Assembly: GCA_951406725.2 (NCBI GenBank)
Contig: OX597839.1
Location: forward strand, 8,866,001 to 8,930,000
Reading direction: 5' to 3'
Length of the DNA stretch: 64,000 bases
Origin: Octopus vulgaris
Taxonomy: Eukaryota
Part shown: positions 41,337 through 56,069 of the stretch, piece by piece
Numbering within the stretch: the stretch's first letter is position 1
Layout: the number at the start of each line of letters is the position of its first letter
The notes under the pieces: generated by a model
What the model was told of the DNA's origin: nothing
Databases searched by the model: none
The model's input: the letters and a program-made list of their open reading frames with translations, nothing else
Program-made: the position numbers and the translations under genes

Positions 41337-41788
41337 TGCTTTCTCTCTCTTTCTCTCTCTCTCTCACACACACAAACATGCATACATTTGCACGTGCATA
41401 CAAAGACATACATGCACATACCCACAGCTACATACATGAAGACACAGCCACGGCCTAGCTCCTTGCATCCTGACCCGGCTTGGCCTTACTTTGCCACAGC
41501 AATTCACTTAACAGAAGCTAAATTAATATTTATCTCTTCAGTATATGCAAAGAGAACCACTTCTACATCATTCCACCACCACCACCACCACCACCACCAT
41601 CACCACCACCACTGCCGCTAATAAAGAATTGTATCATCTCTCCTTCCCTCGCTCCACCGACCCACCCACCTACCGCCACCCCATCTATATCATTATCCTG
41701 CCTGCGTCACCCCCAACCCCCCCAAAGGATTTCCTATCGAGTGCCATCACCACTGTGACAACGAGTGGAGCTGGAATCCAAACGCATG

Positions 41789-41822
<34 letters not shown>

Positions 41823-41874
41823 CATATGACATACACATACATTTGCACATCTACGAACAGATGTACAGATGTAT

Positions 41875-42059
41875 GAGGATGATAATGGTGTTAGTGATGA
41901 TGACGGTGGTGGTGGTGGTGGTGGTGGTGGTGATAATGATGACGATGATGATGATGACTTTGGAAATGGTGATGGTGATGATGATGATGGATATGATGAT
42001 GATGATGGTGGTGGTGGTGGTGATGATGATGATGATGATGATGATGGATATGATGATGT

Positions 42060-42105
<46 letters not shown>

Positions 42106-42374
42106 TATGATGATGTTGAGGATGATGATGATGATGATGATGATGATCTTCAAGATGATGGTGACGCCAATGCCGCCGTCGATGATGATGATATGATGAT
42201 GATGATGATGGTTATGATCAAGATCATCATGATGATGGTAGCGATGATAACCATGACGATAATGATGATATTACAGTGATATTAATAATGATGAAATTGC
42301 TTGTGGTGGGGATGGTGGTGGCAGCAGTAGTAGTGGTAGTGGCGGCCATAATGATGACGACGATGACAATGATT

Positions 42375-42406
<32 letters not shown>

Positions 42407-42420
42407 GATGGATGAGGATG
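41875..42420. repeat. (GAT)n/(GGT)n field
   Basis: Seen directly. Confidence 0.95.
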
Positions 42421-42871
42421 AAATCCAATGGATAAATGAAGCATGAGGGAGAGGATAGGGGAGAAATAGGGAACAAACAAAAACAAAAACAAAAGAAAAT
42501 GGGGGTGTATGTGTTTCTTTGTGTGTGTGTGTGTGTGTTTAATATTTACTCAATAACATCAGCAGATGTTGGAATGATCTGATGAAAGGAAACAATGAAA
42601 AAGAGAGGAGACATAATGAAATGAAACGAAATGAAATGCCAGGGTAAACAATAGAGCTTACAGAAAAACATACACAAAAAACAAAACAAAACAAAAAACA
42701 AAACAATATATATATATAAAATATACAAACTTTTGGGTTAGGATCAAGCTTTATCAAAATTGTTTTTGTTTCTTGTAACTTTTATTTGTTTATTTCGTTA
42801 TTTATTTATTTATTTATTTATTTGATAATCCATTCTTGCCATGTGCCTCAAACCAGTGCCCTTGTGGTAGC

Positions 42872-42910
<39 letters not shown>

Positions 42911-43037
42911 AATAATGATGATGATGATGATGATGATGATAATAATAATAATAATAACAATAATAATGATAATAATAATAATAATAATAATCTCTTGTTA
43001 TAATTATTCCAGTGATTGTTATAGTTGCAATTACTAC

Positions 43038-43076
<39 letters not shown>

Positions 43077-43312
43077 CATTATTATTAACATTTTTAGCAA
43101 TCCTATGATTAGCATTAATATTGTTCTGCTACTACTACTACTACTACCTCACCATCACACCATCATCATCACCTTGATCATTATCATCACCATCACCACC
43201 ACCACCACCAAGTCATCATCCTCCCAATAATCATCATCATCATCACCAGCACCACCATCATCATCATCATTACCATCATCATCATCTTCCTTCTCTTCAT
43301 CATCATCCTCTA

Positions 43313-43347
<35 letters not shown>

Positions 43348-43899
43348 CAATAATCATCATCACCAGCACTACCACCACCATCATCATCATCATCCTTCTC
43401 TTCATCATCCGCCACCTCATCATCATCATCACTGGATGACACTGACACAAGACAAACAAGCAGGCGTACAGGCAGGCAGTGACAAACCTGTAAATGAAAC
43501 AGTTGATAATAAACAGAAGCGACAGAAAAGAGGGGAGGCCGCCACAATGGGATTGCTGATGTTGCTACAGATATTACTGCTCTTGTTGTTGTTGTTGTTG
43601 TTGTTGTTGCTGTTGTTATTTCCGGGATGTCCACAGGGTAGTAGGGGTTATTATATAAAAGCGTATTCAAAACTGTACGAATGCCATGTACGACTGCATG
43701 TGTGCACATGCATATGCACACATGCATTAAGAATGTAGAAATAGCAACGAGGGGAGGGGGAAACAATAAGAGAAACCACGTAAAGAAATAAATAAACCAC
43801 AAAAAACAAACCCGAAATAAGGACAACCGGGAGGGGCCAAAAACCAGTAAAAGGGTGACTGCATAGCTTCGTAGATGATCGAAGGAAGAGCAAAAAGGC

Positions 43900-44070
43900 G
43901 TGTGGGTGAGTGAGGATACACATGGTGGACTTATATAGACATGGACCCGGCGACATCCACATTACAAAGGCATGCCTGCACATATGGCTGTCTGTCTAAT
44001 CCGATGCTGACCCTCTTTCCTCGTCATTTGCATCGTCCTTTGATGACGACGATACATCCCAATCTCTAAT
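43900..44070 (-). promoter_or_regulatory. Candidate Pol II core promoter
   Basis: Minus-strand TATATAA at 43937-43931, 26-30 nt before TCAC initiator-like sites; octamer ATGCAAAT at 44026-44033; TGACG half-sites; CCAAT at 44059-44063; CpG-retaining unique island. Confidence 0.35.
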
Positions 44071-44228
44071 GCAATGTACAGCTTCAGAGAGGAGACGAGA
44101 CGAGACAAGACAAGTAATGCTTGGTCAGAGAGAGACCAGGTACCATACTCTGCACCCACACCTTATAAGTTTCTCCATCACCCCCTTCAACATACATACA
44201 CATATATATATATATATATGTATATATA

Positions 44229-44299
<71 letters not shown>

Positions 44300-44324
44300 A
44301 TATATGTATATGTATATGTGTGTG

Positions 44325-44369
<45 letters not shown>

Positions 44370-44398
44370 GTGTATATATGTATATATATATATATGTG

Positions 44399-44429
<31 letters not shown>

Positions 44430-44820
44430 GTATAAACATGTATACATAAATATATATATACATCATTAAAGAATGATGATGAAATATATATATATATATA
44501 TATATGTATACAAACATACAGACTCATACATATACATATATATATACTATACACATACATATATACATACATGTATTTAAGGACCTGAAGGACCTTAAGA
44601 AATTTGTGATTGTGAGACCGTGAATATATGTGTGTGAGTGTGTGTATGTGTACAAGGAGAGACACAGAGAGAGAGGGACACAAACATACACATGCCTGTG
44701 TGTGTGTGTGTGTGTATGTGTGTGTGTGTGTGCAAATAGATTACACAAGACAATGTAAAAGACATCTATGCAGAGACATGAACCAGCATAAACAAATACA
44801 TGCATGCATATCTATCTATC

Positions 44821-44870
<50 letters not shown>

Positions 44871-46249
44871 GGGAGAGAGAGTGAGAGAGAGAGGTACATG
44901 GCGACAAAGATGCAGCCGGGACACAAGTATAAATTACATATATATATAACTTTTAGGGGCAACAACAACGACAACAGGACCCAATGAACAATCAAAAGAT
45001 ATTTGAAATGGGTGGTTGGCGGTTGGTGTATTTTGGTAATGGCGGTAGTGGTGGTGGTGGTGGTGGTGGGGCAGGAGGGGGGGTTGTGACTGCATTTCAG
45101 TTATGTATCATATCTCCCGATATCAACACATCTATTGTAAGCTGGTCTTTTGGCATTGTTGTTGTTGTTGTTGTTGTCGATGGCATTCTTGTGTTATTGT
45201 TCCTTGCATTTACTGTCTCCATTGCTGCTAAACTTTCTTCCCCTCCCCCCTCACCATCCACCACCTCCACGCCATTGAACCCCCCCACCACCATCACCTT
45301 TACATCATTTCATCTGCGACAGCAGTAGTAGTGGTGGTGGTGCCAGTAGTGGTAGTGGTGGTGGTGGTGGTGGTGGTAGTGGTGGTGGTTGTTATTGTGT
45401 CATCAGATTCATAAGATTCACTAGATATACTACCACTACTACAACTATTGCTATCACTACCACCACCACCACCACCATCAGAGCCGCTAAAACCATCCTA
45501 ATCATTGACATCTCTGTCACACTCCCAACTATTCCCAGAACTGTGAGTAACTACTCCCACCACAACCACTAACCATCAGAAATTGGAAACCATCATCTCA
45601 GTCACTACAATCGTTAGGATCGCAACCACTACAATTAAAAACCCCTCAAATATCACACTACTACCCCTCATACAGCCACAATGCCAATAGCACCAACAAC
45701 ATAACCACAACTACAAGACTTACAGCAGGCAAAGGCATTCATGCCACAAGGCACCAACTCAGCCTGATAATATTATCACTATCATCATCATCATTATCAT
45801 TATCACCATTTGATTTCTGTTTTCCATGATGGCATGGTTTGGACGATTTGACAGCAATTCGCAAACTAGAGAGCTGCACAAGGAAGGCTCCATTGTCTGC
45901 TTTGGAGGGGTTTCTACAGCTGGACTGGGTGCTTTTTATGTGGCACCAGCACCAATGGAATCACCAAGTAACCTGCAAGACAAAGACTCCTGACTGTGAG
46001 CGGGAGTAGTATTGAGGAAGATTGCTTTGTGCAACTCTCCCCCCTCTCTCTCTCACATACACACACGCACACAGATCACACCCTACCATCTTGGAAAAGA
46101 AGGATTTTCCTAGTGGGCAGTTAGTAGGATGTCAGCAATTACAAGTTTGGAGTGTGGATTGGTGACTGTATAGGTGTATGTTTGCATCTATTTTAGTGTG
46201 TGAGTTTTGAAGTGATGTTGTCTAAGTAGGAGTAACTAATCTTAACATT

Positions 46250-46500
46250 GTGGGAAGTGAAAAGACTTTCATCTATAAAGCCACCTTCATACCATCTGAA
46301 GGCATCACAAGACACTACATTAGCATAACAGCCAATTACTTAAAGAGAAGTATACACAACATTGGCACTCTTTCAGGTGCAAGGATAGGGAAAATTCCAC
46401 TTCCCAATCTCACTTCATCTGGAGAATCTGCAAGCATCAGAATGATTTCACTGACATCAAAATGGAGTATCATTGACAGGATGCCACCTTACTTAGCGGG
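46250..46500 (+). mobile_element. Possible highly decayed RTE-type LINE 3' coding fragment
   Basis: IYKATFIPS...SIRMISLTSKWSIIDRMP weakly resembles RTE YKAxVxPxL...SIxxxI..LRWxGHxxRM. Confidence 0.3.
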
Positions 46501-46728
46501 AGCTTGAATTGCCAACACTATCTTTATGAGAGACTACACATACTCCATTAACCTACATCAATAGGAAGAATAAACTATGTTATTGTTACCACTTGTTATG
46601 CCTTGTTAACAAACTTCAAGCCACTGGCAGTTAACAAACCAGATATACCAGCTTAGACCAAGTTGTCCCAAACACAAGAGCAGTCCAAAAAGAAGCTAAA
46701 GAATAGTGCAAGAAAATCATGTGGTTAC

Positions 46729-46761
<33 letters not shown>

Positions 46762-46766
<5 letters not shown>

Positions 46767-46915
46767 CAGGCTTCTTTCAGTTTCCGTCTACCAAATCCAC
46801 TCACAAGGTTTTGGTGAGCCCAAGGCCATAGTTGAAGGTATTTGCCCAAAGTGCCAGACAGTAGGGTCTGAACCTGGAACCATGTGGTTGAGAAGCAAGC
46901 TTCTTACCACACAAC
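46762..46915 (-). mobile_element. SINE A, 5' half
   Basis: Matches the reference copy. Confidence 0.85.
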
Positions 46916-47121
46916 CAACACACACATCCAGACATACACCACACACACACACACACACACACACACTTTTGCTAATTCATTTGATAAAACAATTTGCTCT
47001 ACAGTTATGTATAATTTGCATAGAAGCCTCTTTGAATGTTTAGTTTCCTTAATCTTTGATAAAATTATATATTTATATATACATATATATATATATATAC
47101 ACATATATATATATGTATATG

Positions 47122-47178
<57 letters not shown>

Positions 47179-47972
47179 ATATATGTATGTATGTATGTAT
47201 ATGTATATTTGTGTATATATGTATGTATGTATGTATGTATATGTATATTTGTGTATATGGTGTGTGTCTGTCTGTGTGAATTGCATGAGAACATAATCAA
47301 AATGTGAAGGAATATTAGGTGATATTAAATATGTTACATTTTATATATGTATATATGTGTATACATACACACACACATATATGTACAGAAATACATATTA
47401 TTTGTAATAAAACTAGAAACAAAAATACGAAATGCATGTACATATTTGTGTATTTATACACGTGTTATGTGTATTTAGTTTCCTAAATAACAGAAGGCTA
47501 CACACACACACACAGACATAGAGAATGAAAGGAGATGAACGATGGGGGAAGAGAGAATAAGAACCGCTTACATTGTTAAGGTAGATGGAATCAGAAATTA
47601 CAGGAGTGGAAATAGAAAAATAGAAAAGAAACATAAGGCAACACAATAGGGGAAGGTGAGGGCACGGGGAAAAAAGGTAGAAACGCAAAGGTGGTGACTC
47701 GTCTTTCAATCTACAGCGTGAAGAGTTTGTTAGGGTATTTATAGATATACATGTAAATTAGAGAGTAGTGGATGGAATTATGCTTGCCGAGATGAAAAGG
47801 ATGCTGCAGATGAAATTAAGGATACATCTGCAAGAGGGATGAATGATTGGGAAAATTTGTATATTGCTATACTTGGCAGAGAGATCCAAAGTCGATGTGT
47901 GTGTATATATATATATATATATACACACACATATATATATCTATGTATGTATGTATATATATATATATATAC

Positions 47973-48019
<47 letters not shown>

Positions 48020-48110
48020 CATGTATATATATATACATATATATACATACTTACATATATATCTATATATGGAGCTGATCCTGATATATATATATCTATA
48101 TATCTATATA

Positions 48111-48148
<38 letters not shown>

Positions 48149-48168
48149 CTTACATATACATACATATT

Positions 48169-48241
<73 letters not shown>

Positions 48242-48669
48242 TGGAAGATACACAAGACAGATTATAGAAACTGAGCAACTGAGCAGTAATAATAATCATA
48301 ATAACGATGATTTCTTACATTAAGCAACATTGATTGATTACATACAAATATAACAAAGAAATGACGAATGAAACAACAACAACAACAACAAAAACAAAAG
48401 AGGATGAAAGGAAGAAATACAAGGATCAGAATGGAGAAAAGGGGGGAAAAGAAATACAAAAACAAGTGAAAACAAATAGTAAAATGAAACATTATAATTT
48501 TAAGATGTGTAAGTGTGTGTATGTGTGTGTATGCATACATGTGTGTATATATATATACATATATATTTACACATAAACACACTCATTTATTATAAATACA
48601 CACACACATATATATATATGCACACATACATGTTGGGGTGTGGTGGTGTAATATAACAAATATGTGTAA

Positions 48670-48704
<35 letters not shown>

Positions 48705-49802
48705 TCATTTATTATATCTATATTCTGTTTTATTATATAGACATGTCTATATAGCGAAATCTGTAAATAAATTACATGAGGAAGCGGGGGCAACCATAAC
48801 CATAGACAACGACAATACAATAAAACAAAACTCTGCTTATAAGAGAAAAAAAAAAAGAAAATCACAAATCCGGGAATAGCAAAAGAGCCCCTAATGAAAA
48901 GTTAAGTGAAGTTTTTCAGGATCAGCTAATATAGGAGAAAAAAAGAATGAGGAAGATGAGGAGAGGGGATAAAATGAAAAGTAGTGAGGGATGGACAGAA
49001 AGAAAAAAAACCTTATAAAACTATGTCAGTAGGGTGGTGGTGGTGGGGACAAAAAGAAAACAGCAGGGTTTTTCATAATTAAGGTGATGTTTTTAGTGGG
49101 TCTGGGGTGCTTATGGTGGGAGTAGGGATGTCCTCAAAGATTATTATTTGTGTTTGAATTTTTTGTTGTTTTTTCTTCCAGAATATCAGATCTAAAAAGC
49201 CTGGATATAAAAAAAAAGCCACAAAAAACCCCCCAGTAAAATGCCAAAACAAGAAGAGATTAATATACAAAATATGGCTTAACTATTTCTGCTCCGACTC
49301 CAGAATTAGAAAGATGGTGAAAAGAGAGAATGATGTTATTAATATGCAGACAAAGAGAGCAATGAGTTGGGAAGGATGTACTGGTGTTAACACTGGATGT
49401 GTTTGTGGGGTGGTGGGCATCTCGGCTGAGAAGATGTTATTTATTATTTGCTGTAAATTGAGAGGGCAGAAGCGGATGGGCATGTAATTTGTTCGGTGAT
49501 GGCCAAAATGCCTTTGCATTATAGAGTTTTGTGACTATAAGCTCTGAGTTCAAATACCATCCAATTTGGATTTTCATCACCTAGAAGAGCAATGGTGGAA
49601 TTATTAATCTATTCTCTCCACCAAAACCACATTCTCCACCATTTCACTTCCACCACCACCACCACCATCAAGCCACTGCACAAAACTTTGGGCTCACTCT
49701 CCTTTGACCTGCAAGAAACAGCAACCAAGCCTCCCTTAAATCAGACCTCACCATACTATATATAGAAAGGACTGATTTGATAGTGTAGTTGTGGACATAG
49801 AT

Positions 49803-50025
49803 AGGTGCAGGTGTGGCTGTCTGGTAAGAAGCTTGCTTCACAAACCAATGGTTCTGGGTTCAGTCCCACTGTGTGGTATCTTGGGCAAGTGTTTTCTACT
49901 ACAGCCTCAAGCTGACCAAAGCCTTGTGAGTGGATTTGGTAGACAGAAACTGAAAGAAGCATGATGTGTGTGTGTATGTGTGTGTGTGTGTGTCTCTGTG
50001 TCTGTCCCCCGCCACCACTTGACAA
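49803..50025 (+). mobile_element. SINE A, 5' part
   Basis: Matches the reference copy. Confidence 0.88.
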
Positions 50026-50577
50026 ATAGGCTTTACATAGATATTTCTAAAAATTGCCAAGAATAAGTTTTTTGAAGAATCTGGGAAAAACACAGACAAC
50101 TGCTATACTTCAGACACTAAATTTCTGTAATTTGAAGATGATTATCATTTCAGTTTTTCAAAGGCATGACAAATAAATATGGCTAATTATTCAAATATAA
50201 ATTAGAAGCAACTCAAGGTATGTGTGTTGTTAGTTCATTGGGTGGCTGTGGTTTTTAGGCATAAGAGAATATTTTCCCGAATCCCTTAATGTAAAACACC
50301 TGAAAGTAAGGCATAGACAAGTGAGACAACTCAAATCAAATCCCTTTTTTCAGAGTATCAGACATTAATGTTTCATCATCATTTTGGTTTATCAATGTCA
50401 CATACCAAACAGGGCTTACTGCAAGCTATCTCACCAAATTAGGCTAGATTTTGACCAATTTTCTAACTGAAATTGTCATATTTCTTAAAATATTCATTCA
50501 AATTTCACAAATGAGGCATCAAAATGTTTGTTTTTGGATGCTCTCCCAAAAAAAAAAAAAGCATGGTAGAGGATAGT

Positions 50578-50967
50578 TCTTTTTCTTTTATTTGTTTCAG
50601 TCATTTGACTGTGGCCATGCTGGTGCACTGCATGGTCGAGCAAATCGACCCCAGGAATTATTCTTTGTAAGCCGAGTACTTATTCTATCGGTCTCACTTG
50701 CCAAATCACTAAGTGACAGGGACGTAAACACACCAGCATCGGTTGTCAAGCAATGTTGAGAGAACAAACACAGACACACAAACATATACATATATATATA
50801 TATACAACGGGCTTCTTTCAGTTTCTGTCTACCAAATCCACTCACAAGGCTTTGGTCGGCCCGAGGCTATAGTAGAAGACACGTGCCTAAGGTGCCACGC
50901 AGTGGGATTGAACCCAGAACCATGTGGTTGGTAAGCAAGCTACTTACCACACAGCTACTCCTGCACC
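50578..50967 (-). mobile_element. SINE A, full length
   Basis: Matches the reference copy. Confidence 0.93.
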
Positions 50968-50970
50968 TAA

Positions 50971-51055
50971 TATTATTATTCTGGTCACTGCCTGGAATCG
51001 AACTCGGAATCTTGGGGTTAGTAGCCCGCGCTCTTAACCACTATGCCATATGTCC
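50971..51055 (-). pseudogene. tRNA-like retroposon (head-only SINE or tRNA pseudogene) with (AAT)n tail
   Basis: tggcatagtggttaagagcg (A-box), gagttcgattcc (B-box), anticodon-like loop ct-ACT-aa, poor acceptor stem. Confidence 0.65.
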
Positions 51056-51483
51056 AATTTAAATATTTTCAAAAATTCATACTGATACCTAATCTTAGGG
51101 TTAGAATCAACAACATCTCAGAGAAAGAAGCAAGGACAACTAGCCTAATCATATATCTTAGAAAGCGAGGCAAGGAATAAAAGTTTGCCATAATTCCCTG
51201 ACAAGAATCTGACAAATGTAAAAACATCAAAACCATGATATAGAGTTGGAAAGAATCAAGAAACTTGTGGAAGGATTTATGTCAGAAATAGAAATGAATT
51301 TCTAACAGAGGAACAAGATGAGAAGTATGAAGTGAGAGAACATTCAAGTATATTGGTCCCCGTAGGTGAATGGTACTTTATTTTGTCAACTCAAGTAGGC
51401 CTGAACTTATAATTTAAGATAAATTAAAGCATTTGTCACTCCACAATTCCAAGCCAAGACCATCAAGTCTTTTTATATATATG

Positions 51484-51711
51484 TTTCTTTATTACCCACA
51501 AGGGGCTAAACACAGAGGGGACAAACAAGGACAGACATAGGTATTAATTCGATTACATCGACCCCAGTGCGTAACTGGTACTTAATTTATCGACCCCGAA
51601 AGGATGAAAGGCAATGTCGACCTCGGCGGAATTTGAACTCAGAACGTAGCGGCAGACGAAATACGGCTACGCATTTCGCCCGGTGTGCTAACGTTTCTGC
51701 CAGCTCGCAGC
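51484..51711 (-). mobile_element. SINE D, full length
   Basis: Matches 62738-62966; flanking direct repeat ctttttatata. Confidence 0.93.
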
Positions 51712-52247
51712 CTTTTTATATAACTTTTATATAGTCTTTTTATATAACTAGAACTACATTGTTCAATGAGTCCTTCCATTATTTTAAGACAGCAAGCTTA
51801 TGATTATTTGAAGGAGATTTGGCTGCTATTTCTAGCAGGTCCAAGCAACTGTATAGAGGCTCCTCATTGGTTCAAATTTAAGAAGATGTTGTCATAGAAA
51901 CATTGTTGTGGCTGCATACAATGAGTGCGAACACACACACAATGATCTATTTATTCATTCATCCACATGATCAAGCCCTCTTTTTCTTTTAATTTTCATC
52001 TGCCATTAACTATGACACATATTTCAATATGTCCCACACTGGAACTTAAGAGAGAACTACTTAGCCGGAATCCCATTACCCATTATTGAGCCTTGTCTCT
52101 CATCCGTCCCGTCACAGTTTGGTGCTTTAGAATATCTAATAATAACAAACTGCTTGTCATCACAGAATTTACTTACAAAATGCACATGAATATCATATCT
52201 TTTCAAATGTCAGCTTGAATTTGAATAACAAAGACAGAAAAGCCACC

Positions 52248-52892
52248 TTAACTCTTTAGCATTCAGATCACTCTGCCAAATATAATGCTTATTCATTCAC
52301 ATTGTTTTCAATTAGTCATGCATTATCTCATAGCTTTGAGATTTTAAAGATGTGATTGCTTATTTTTAGAATGGCATTGTAGGGTAGGTGTGAGAGGCTT
52401 GATCTGTCAAGTTTGAACATAAAACAGGCAGAATATTTGGGTTGGATATAGCTGGTTTAATCCTTGACATTGAGATTGCTCTCTCAAATTTAATGCTTCT
52501 TTATTCGCACTGGTTTGAATTAATCATGCATTAGCTTATAGCTTTGTGATTCCAATGATACCCTCTCTCTCTCTTTCGGAGAGGCACTGAGCAGCTATAC
52601 GCACACATACACACACGGCAGTAACTTCCACCTACCGAATTCAATCACAAAGCTCCGGTCTGCTCGGGGCTATAGTGGAAGACACCTACCCAAAGTGCCA
52701 CGCAGTGGGACTGAACCCGAAACCATGTAGCTAGGAAGCAAGCTCCCTAACCACACAGCCATGCCCGGATTGTATATTTTTTAGAATGACATTTTAGAGT
52801 AGGTGTGAGAGACCAGATCTGGCCAGTTTGAATACAAAACAGACGAAGAACATTTGGGTCAGATATAGCAGGATCAAGTACTAAAGTATTAA
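52248..52892 (-). mobile_element. Two tandem diverged MITE F copies, the second interrupted by SINE A' (52561-52767)
   Basis: gtaggtgtgagag...gtttgaa body occurs twice; TTAA at 52248, 52457 and 52889. Confidence 0.8.
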
Positions 52893-53025
52893 AAGATTAC
52901 AGGTGGATGACTATGAGGGATGAAATGTAGGTAACAAGGGCCACAGAATCACAAAAACATCAGGAAGGTTTGCCTTCAAGCTTTACTCAGTATTCAGGGA
53001 AAATGGGTAGGGACTCAATACTGTT

Positions 53026-53418
53026 ATTGTTGTTGTTGCTGCTATTGCTGTTGATTGAATGGTCTTCATCCCAGAGCTCGCAAGATGGGAGAAGTCTGAA
53101 ACGTGGTCCTTTGCTATTCGTAAGACCCGCAGAAGACAAAGCAGGTCAACCCCCGACACCGAGAGCATCGACAGATGGATGAACGCACATCCAGGCTCAG
53201 CGGTTGCATAGGAAGTCGGGGACAAGGAACAGGAAGAAAGAGTGAGAGAAAGTTGGAGCGAAAGAGTACAACAGGGGTCACCACCACCCCCTTACGGAGC
53301 CTCGTGGAGCTTTAGGTGTTTTCACTCGATAAACACATGCAACGCCTGGACTGGGAATGAAAACCGCGATCCTCCGACTGCGAGTCCACTGCCCTAACCA
53401 TTGGGCCATTGCGCCTCC
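53026..53418 (-). mobile_element. SINE B with tail type 3 ending in (CAA)-like repeats
   Basis: Head and body match 18859-19040; the tail is unrelated to tails 1 and 2. Confidence 0.88.
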
Positions 53419-55157
53419 ACTGTTGTTGCTGTGTTTAGCCCCAGTCCTGACCAAGCAGATTTCTGATAAAAAGGGTTCCAAATGTGACCATACTGCATAT
53501 TTTTGTTTACCAAGAAAGACATAGCCCAACACAAGCCTTAGTTTAGTTGGTAAAGTGTGATATTCCTTTGGCTGCATTTTCTAGCAGTTGAGCACTCATA
53601 CGCAAGCTCCCTACTTAGGGCTCACTGCTGCAGTAGTAGTGGCGATGGTGGCAGTGGCTGCAGCAGCAGCAGCAGCAGCAACAGTAGTCACAACAGCAGC
53701 AGCACTAACAGCAACACAAGTCAGAAACAAGTGCTGAGGGTTGGACAGCTGGCAGTTTGGCAGAGAGGTAGAACCTTATGCCATGAGACATGATGATGAT
53801 GATGATGATGATGATCAATGATGGCAATAATAAAAACCATAATGGTGCTGATAATCATGATCATCATACCAATGATGATGATGATGATGATGATGATGGG
53901 GAAGATGATATGAATGACAGGGACAATAAAATGCCCATGATGATGATGATGGTGGTGGTGGTGGTGGTGGTGGTGGTGGTGGTAGTGCTGATGTAGCAAC
54001 AGAAATTATAAAAGATGATTATCTTGGTGGTGGTGGTGATGGTGGTGATGGTGATGGTGGTGGTGATGGTGGTGGTGGCAATGATGTTGATAATGCCAAC
54101 CCTCTCTGTACACACACAGACACACGCATGCATGTGCGCACGCACGCACACAATTCAACAGATCAAAAGAAATGCACTTGAACTTTTGAAACAGTGTTTC
54201 ACAGTTGCAGTAGCGTTGCAACTCCTTCTCGCAAGTTGCCAATATTCCAGCCACATGAGCTGCTAAAAAGCGGGGAAAGAGGAGACAGAAAAATCAGGCA
54301 AGAGCGAGGAAAAAGGGCAAAGACTAAGGGGAAAGTCACGGGGGATGGGGGTTTACATTAATGTTGCTACTACTGATGGCGAGATTTTCAAGGTTTTAGA
54401 AAAAGGGGGAATAGAAAAAGAATTTAGTCTTTGAAATAAACGGCGACTGAATGGCTTTTCATTGCAGCTTCCAGTAGTGGCAGAACTAACAGCAGCGCCG
54501 TTCCTCATTCTTCATCTGCCCACCACTTTTCATTTCAGGACAGTCGAGCAGACATATGGGCAAAGTTAATCTCATTAGCAATTTGAAAATTTTAAAAGCT
54601 GTTTCGCTTGTTCTTAGAGTTTGGCAGATTGCTCGTTGACTGACATCTATACAAGAAAACCCCAAGAGATGCTCCCTGTAATCTCACACACACACACACA
54701 CTCACACACACACACACGTGTAACAATATGTTATATGCAAATTAACAGATACTGTTACACTTTCCAAGTTATGCATGCATGAGAAGAAGGACGAGGAGAG
54801 AGAGAGAGAGAGAGAGAGAGAGGAGCCTACGTTTACTCTATTTAATGAATAAATACAGATGCGCACACAAGCAAGCGCATATGCGTATGCATATGCACAT
54901 CCACATATATATTTATATCATTGTGTGTGTGTGTGTATATGTGTGTATGTTCACTCATACACATACATAAAAGTAATCACATACATGTGTGCATGCGTGT
55001 GTGTGTGTGCATATATATATATATATATATTTGTGCATATATGTGTATATACACACGTGTGTGTGCAAGTGCATGTGCACATGCACACATAGAAGTAAAC
55101 ACACATGTTTACATATGTGTGTACGTGTACACATATACATACATACATACATGCATG

Positions 55158-55197
<40 letters not shown>

Positions 55198-55346
55198 TAC
55201 ACACATATATATCTGTGGGTGTGCGCATGCACTTACACACATGCATAATGGTATACACATGCACACACTGATGTGTCATACTAATGACACATGAAAATTA
55301 AAAGAAAAGAGGGCTTGATAGGGTGGATGAATGGATAGATAGATCG

Positions 55347-55426
<80 letters not shown>

Positions 55427-56002
55427 GCACTCATTATATGCAGCAACTACGAACAGATGAGAGGTCCCAGTGTGCATTTTTTAAGCCAATTCTAATCAGT
55501 TTGTAGAAATAAAAATTTCCAATAAACAGATCTTATAAGTAAGAAAGAGTTATCAATTTTGTAGAGGAAAAACACGATTTTCAAAAAATTACAAAAAAAA
55601 AAGAGGGAAAATGACGAAAAAAAAAAAAAGAAAACACAGCAAAAACACAGAAATACAACAGAAACACAAACATCAACAAAAATGCATGCATTAAATGCAG
55701 ACATGAAACCAAAGGAACTAATGATAACAACAATACTTTAACATTTCAAATAAATTCATCATACATGCATGTTCTTATGTGTATGAGGGTATAGATGGAT
55801 GTGCATGTATGCGTGAGTGTGCCCATACACACATTGATACATGTATATATATACACACACATGCACATGCATGTGGGGATGTGTTTGTAGAAACATACAC
55901 GTATATACATTAATGCATACACACTCATATATATATATATATATACATACACAGACACACATACAGATACATGCACACATACCTATATACACATACACAT
56001 GC

Positions 56003-56069
<67 letters not shown>

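Noticed and set aside
43155-43826. 223-aa minus-strand ORF with hydrophobic N-terminus and acidic tail
   Set aside because: It is held open by (CAT)n and (TTG)n repeats and T-rich sequence, and has no recognisable domain.
49525-49540. 12-nt match to miR-153 on the minus strand
   Set aside because: The seed region is not matched, there is no precursor hairpin, and it lies in a decayed SINE-like segment.
52561-52767. SINE A' as an ADAR-hyperedited derivative of A
   Set aside because: Differences include many C>T, T>C and G>A changes as well as A>G, with no clear directional bias.
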